A stretch of 63,789 nt of DNA, the filler included, from Olpidium bornovanus S191 (Eukaryota > Fungi > Olpidiomycota): assembly GCA_017911155.1 (NCBI GenBank). It is 29 parts of 29 records of this genome, joined end to end, with 100 filler letters (N's around TTAATTAATTAA, not from the genome) between each part and the next. Parts side by side here need not be neighbours in the genome. Positions count along the whole stretch, not along the records: positions 61,184 to 63,789 come from JAEFCI010009028.1; 28 more parts are not named here. One strand, 5' to 3'. Below the pieces are notes generated by a model. The model did not search any database and was not told where the DNA came from. It saw only the letters and a list, made by a program, of their open reading frames with translations. Below, one piece after another: positions 61,924 to 63,789 of the stretch (the first letter of the stretch is position 1; each line of letters opens with the position of its first letter). Made by a program: the position numbers and the translations under genes.

Positions 61924-61996
61924 TGGGCCGACCGAGGGTCGAACTCGGGACCTTCCCTATCCTGGAGGAACGCTATACCAACTGAGCTATCTGCCC
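61924..61996 (-). pseudogene. tRNA-like cassette in the 3' LTR (73 nt; apparent anticodon AGG, C at position 33)
   Basis: GGGCAGATAGCTCAGTTGGTATAGCGTTCCTCCAGGATAGGGAAGGTCCCGAGTTCGACCCTCGGTCGGCCCA. Folds as a cloverleaf (perfect 5-bp T stem, 6/7 acceptor pairs), has box A and box B, and is followed by CTTTT. Confidence 0.85.
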
Positions 61997-62155
61997 TATT
62001 CACCAGGTGTCTGGCTCGCCCTGCGAAGCCATTCCAACACCCCCCCTCGACCCAGGCACCTCAGGTTCTGCTGTCAATGGGGTTCAGCCACCCGCGCAAC
62101 CACAATCGGAGAGACGAAGTCACGATTGGGCTCATAACCTGTTGCATATCAAAAG

Positions 62156-62228
62156 TGGGCCGACCGAGGGTCGGACTTGGGACCTTCCTTATCTCGGAGG
62201 GACGCTCTACCAACTAAGCTATCTGCCC
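62156..62228 (-). pseudogene. tRNA-like cassette in the 5' LTR (73 nt; apparent anticodon GAG, box B mutated)
   Basis: GGGCAGATAGCTTAGTTGGTAGAGCGTCCCTCCGAGATAAGGAAGGTCCCAAGTCCGACCCTCGGTCGGCCCA, followed by CTTTT. Confidence 0.8.
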
Positions 62229-63789
62229 TATTCACCAGGTGTCTGGCTCGCCCTGTGAAGCCGGGCTCATAACCTGTGGTAAAACGTGCCCTCCGGAGGA
62301 GACCCCGGGAAATTCAAGGGAGCTGCGCAAGGATTTGAAAAAGGTGAATACTGTTCTGTTTCTTCGCGGTGTTTTGATTCTACGGATTCCGCGCCTGTTT
62401 ATGTTGGGATGCCGTGCGGATTCTACAAAAGGGGGAAAGGGGGAAGTAATTCGTGTAGGAGCTCTATCCGTGCTGCCTCTTGCTGCGCCCCCCCCTTTTT
62501 CCTACATATCCTACACCCCTTCCCCCACCCGCCGCTCTTCGCCCCCTTCTGACGGCGCAACCTGCTGGGCAGAACCGCCCACACTTCCGCCGTCGTCGAC
62601 CGCCGCCACCGTCGTCGTCGCCGCACCCCGCCGTTTTTTCCTCGATCGCACCTGCGACACCACTCCTCTGCGTCGCCGCCGCTTGCCGTCCCTGTCCGCG
62701 GTTCCTCCGACGAAGCGCAGCCCGCAGCGCAGCTTCCGCCGTTCCCGTCTCTGTCCCAGTGACGTGACGCCGCCCCGACCGCCGTCGGCCTCGGAAACCC
62801 GTTTCCCCTTCTCGACGAAGCGCTCACCGCTGCTATGCGCCGCCGCCGCCGTCGACTTCAGAGACCCGTCTTCCCTTCTCGACGAATCGCATCCCCGCGC
62901 ACTGCAGCAGCCCTGACGGCGCAGCCAAACCCCCCAAGTCGGACATGACCCCGCTGAACGCCGCCGCGATCGCCACTGCTCAGTCGCCTCTGGTTCGACC
63001 AAGCCGCAGCTGCACGCCATCGCCGCCGTTGCGTTCTGAGCTCAGCTCAGCTTCGAGTGCCTCCCTTCTCGGAGCGCACTCTTTTCGCCCCTGAGCTCAA
63101 CTCGGCGCCCCGTCTCGCACATGACAGCGCCGCTGTCTTTAAATCGCAGCTTCGCTTTCAAGCCTCTGCGGTCGAACGCCGCCCGCTCCGCTGCCGCTCC
63201 GCCGGCTCCCCGCAGCCCGCAGCGCCCACCGCCCACCGCCGTCGACTTCGGAAACCCGTCTCCCCTTCTCGACGAAGCGCTCATCGCCGGGACCGCAGCC
63301 GCCACTCTGCATCAGCCGGGCAGACCCGGCACAACGCCACCTTCAACCAACCCGCCGCCTTTTTTTCTTTAGGCGGCCGCAAAAAAAAAAAAAAAAAAAA
63401 TGGCGCCGGCGACCGCAAAAATGTTGCAGACGTTAAGTTCCCGCCCTCGGGCTCGTCTCCGTCTCCCCTGAAGATTTGAAGAGTTCAGAGAAGCCTCCTA
63501 TATCAAAATTCAGTCTGTAGCGCTAGCCCAGATCCGCGGTTGCATTGAGGTGATGTACAGCAGAAGAGGCCAGAAACTTCAGTTGCACCTCATTTGCTGG
63601 GATAACCGTGACCGTACTATCTGGCAGGCCATACCGGCCGAGTGGGTCCCCAGACCTATATTCTCGTTATGGCAGGGCTGTCTACTCCCTCACAAAACAT
63701 TGCTGTGGCTAAACGCCATCAGTGCGACAGGGCAGCCATAAACAAAATGGAAATGCTTCTGAGAGAAATCAATCAGTTGTACGCACATG

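Larger units (their letters stand above)
61908..62262 (-). mobile_element. TRIM (non-autonomous miniature LTR retrotransposon) with tRNA-derived LTRs (Helenus-type)
   Basis: 5' LTR 62262-62140 (lacks the first 9 nt), PBS GGTTATGAGCCC 62139-62128, non-coding interior, PPT GAGGGGGGG 62048-62040, 3' LTR 62039-61908 (TGTTGG...GCAACA, 132 bp). The LTRs differ at 11 of 123 aligned positions. Confidence 0.92.
61184..62515 (-). mobile_element. Host LTR element (about 241-bp LTR 62515-62275, PBS 62274-62263, decayed ORF) interrupted by a TRIM
   Basis: TGTAGG...ACCACA then GGTTATGAGCCC. Shares GGATTCTACAAA(A)GGGG and the post-PBS CAAACC with the element at 51288-52298. Confidence 0.6.

Noticed and set aside
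61924-62228. Functional tRNA-Pro(AGG) and tRNA-Leu(GAG) genes
   Set aside because: C33 instead of U33, discordant anticodons in otherwise near-identical copies, no long variable arm for Leu, and both sit inside LTRs.

Overview
This is not a natural 64-kb locus. It is a pseudomolecule of 29 short eukaryotic contigs (1.0-6.9 kb) joined by 28 identical 100-nt spacers (44 N + TTAATTAATTAA + 44 N), so adjacency across spacers is meaningless. The genes are GC-rich and intron-containing. A division-2 chitin synthase together with an axonemal-type dynein heavy chain points to a flagellated (zoosporic) fungus; an Olpidium-like organism would fit but is not proven. Recognisable genes, most truncated: TRM61 running in frame into a Naa50-like acetyltransferase, chitin synthase, dynein heavy chain, PRO1, PRO2, a PA-TM-RING E3 ligase, a complete 5-exon MMS2, DONSON, CCDC25, a TPR protein, a PQ-loop transporter, a Myb domain, a GPI-anchored Cys-rich protein and a 59-aa secreted Gly/His-rich peptide missed by the ORF track. 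The most interesting content is the LTR-retroelement community. (1) A 355-bp TRIM whose LTRs each contain a tRNA-like Pol III cassette, plus a dispersed solo LTR of the same family on another contig. (2) A Ty1/Copia pol with a classical chromodomain in frame between integrase and RT. (3) Several short-LTR elements, two with Gypsy-type gag, sharing a Ty5-type half-tRNAiMet primer site (GGTTATGAGCCC) and nested inside other retroelements. All calls come from manual motif reading; no database searches were run.
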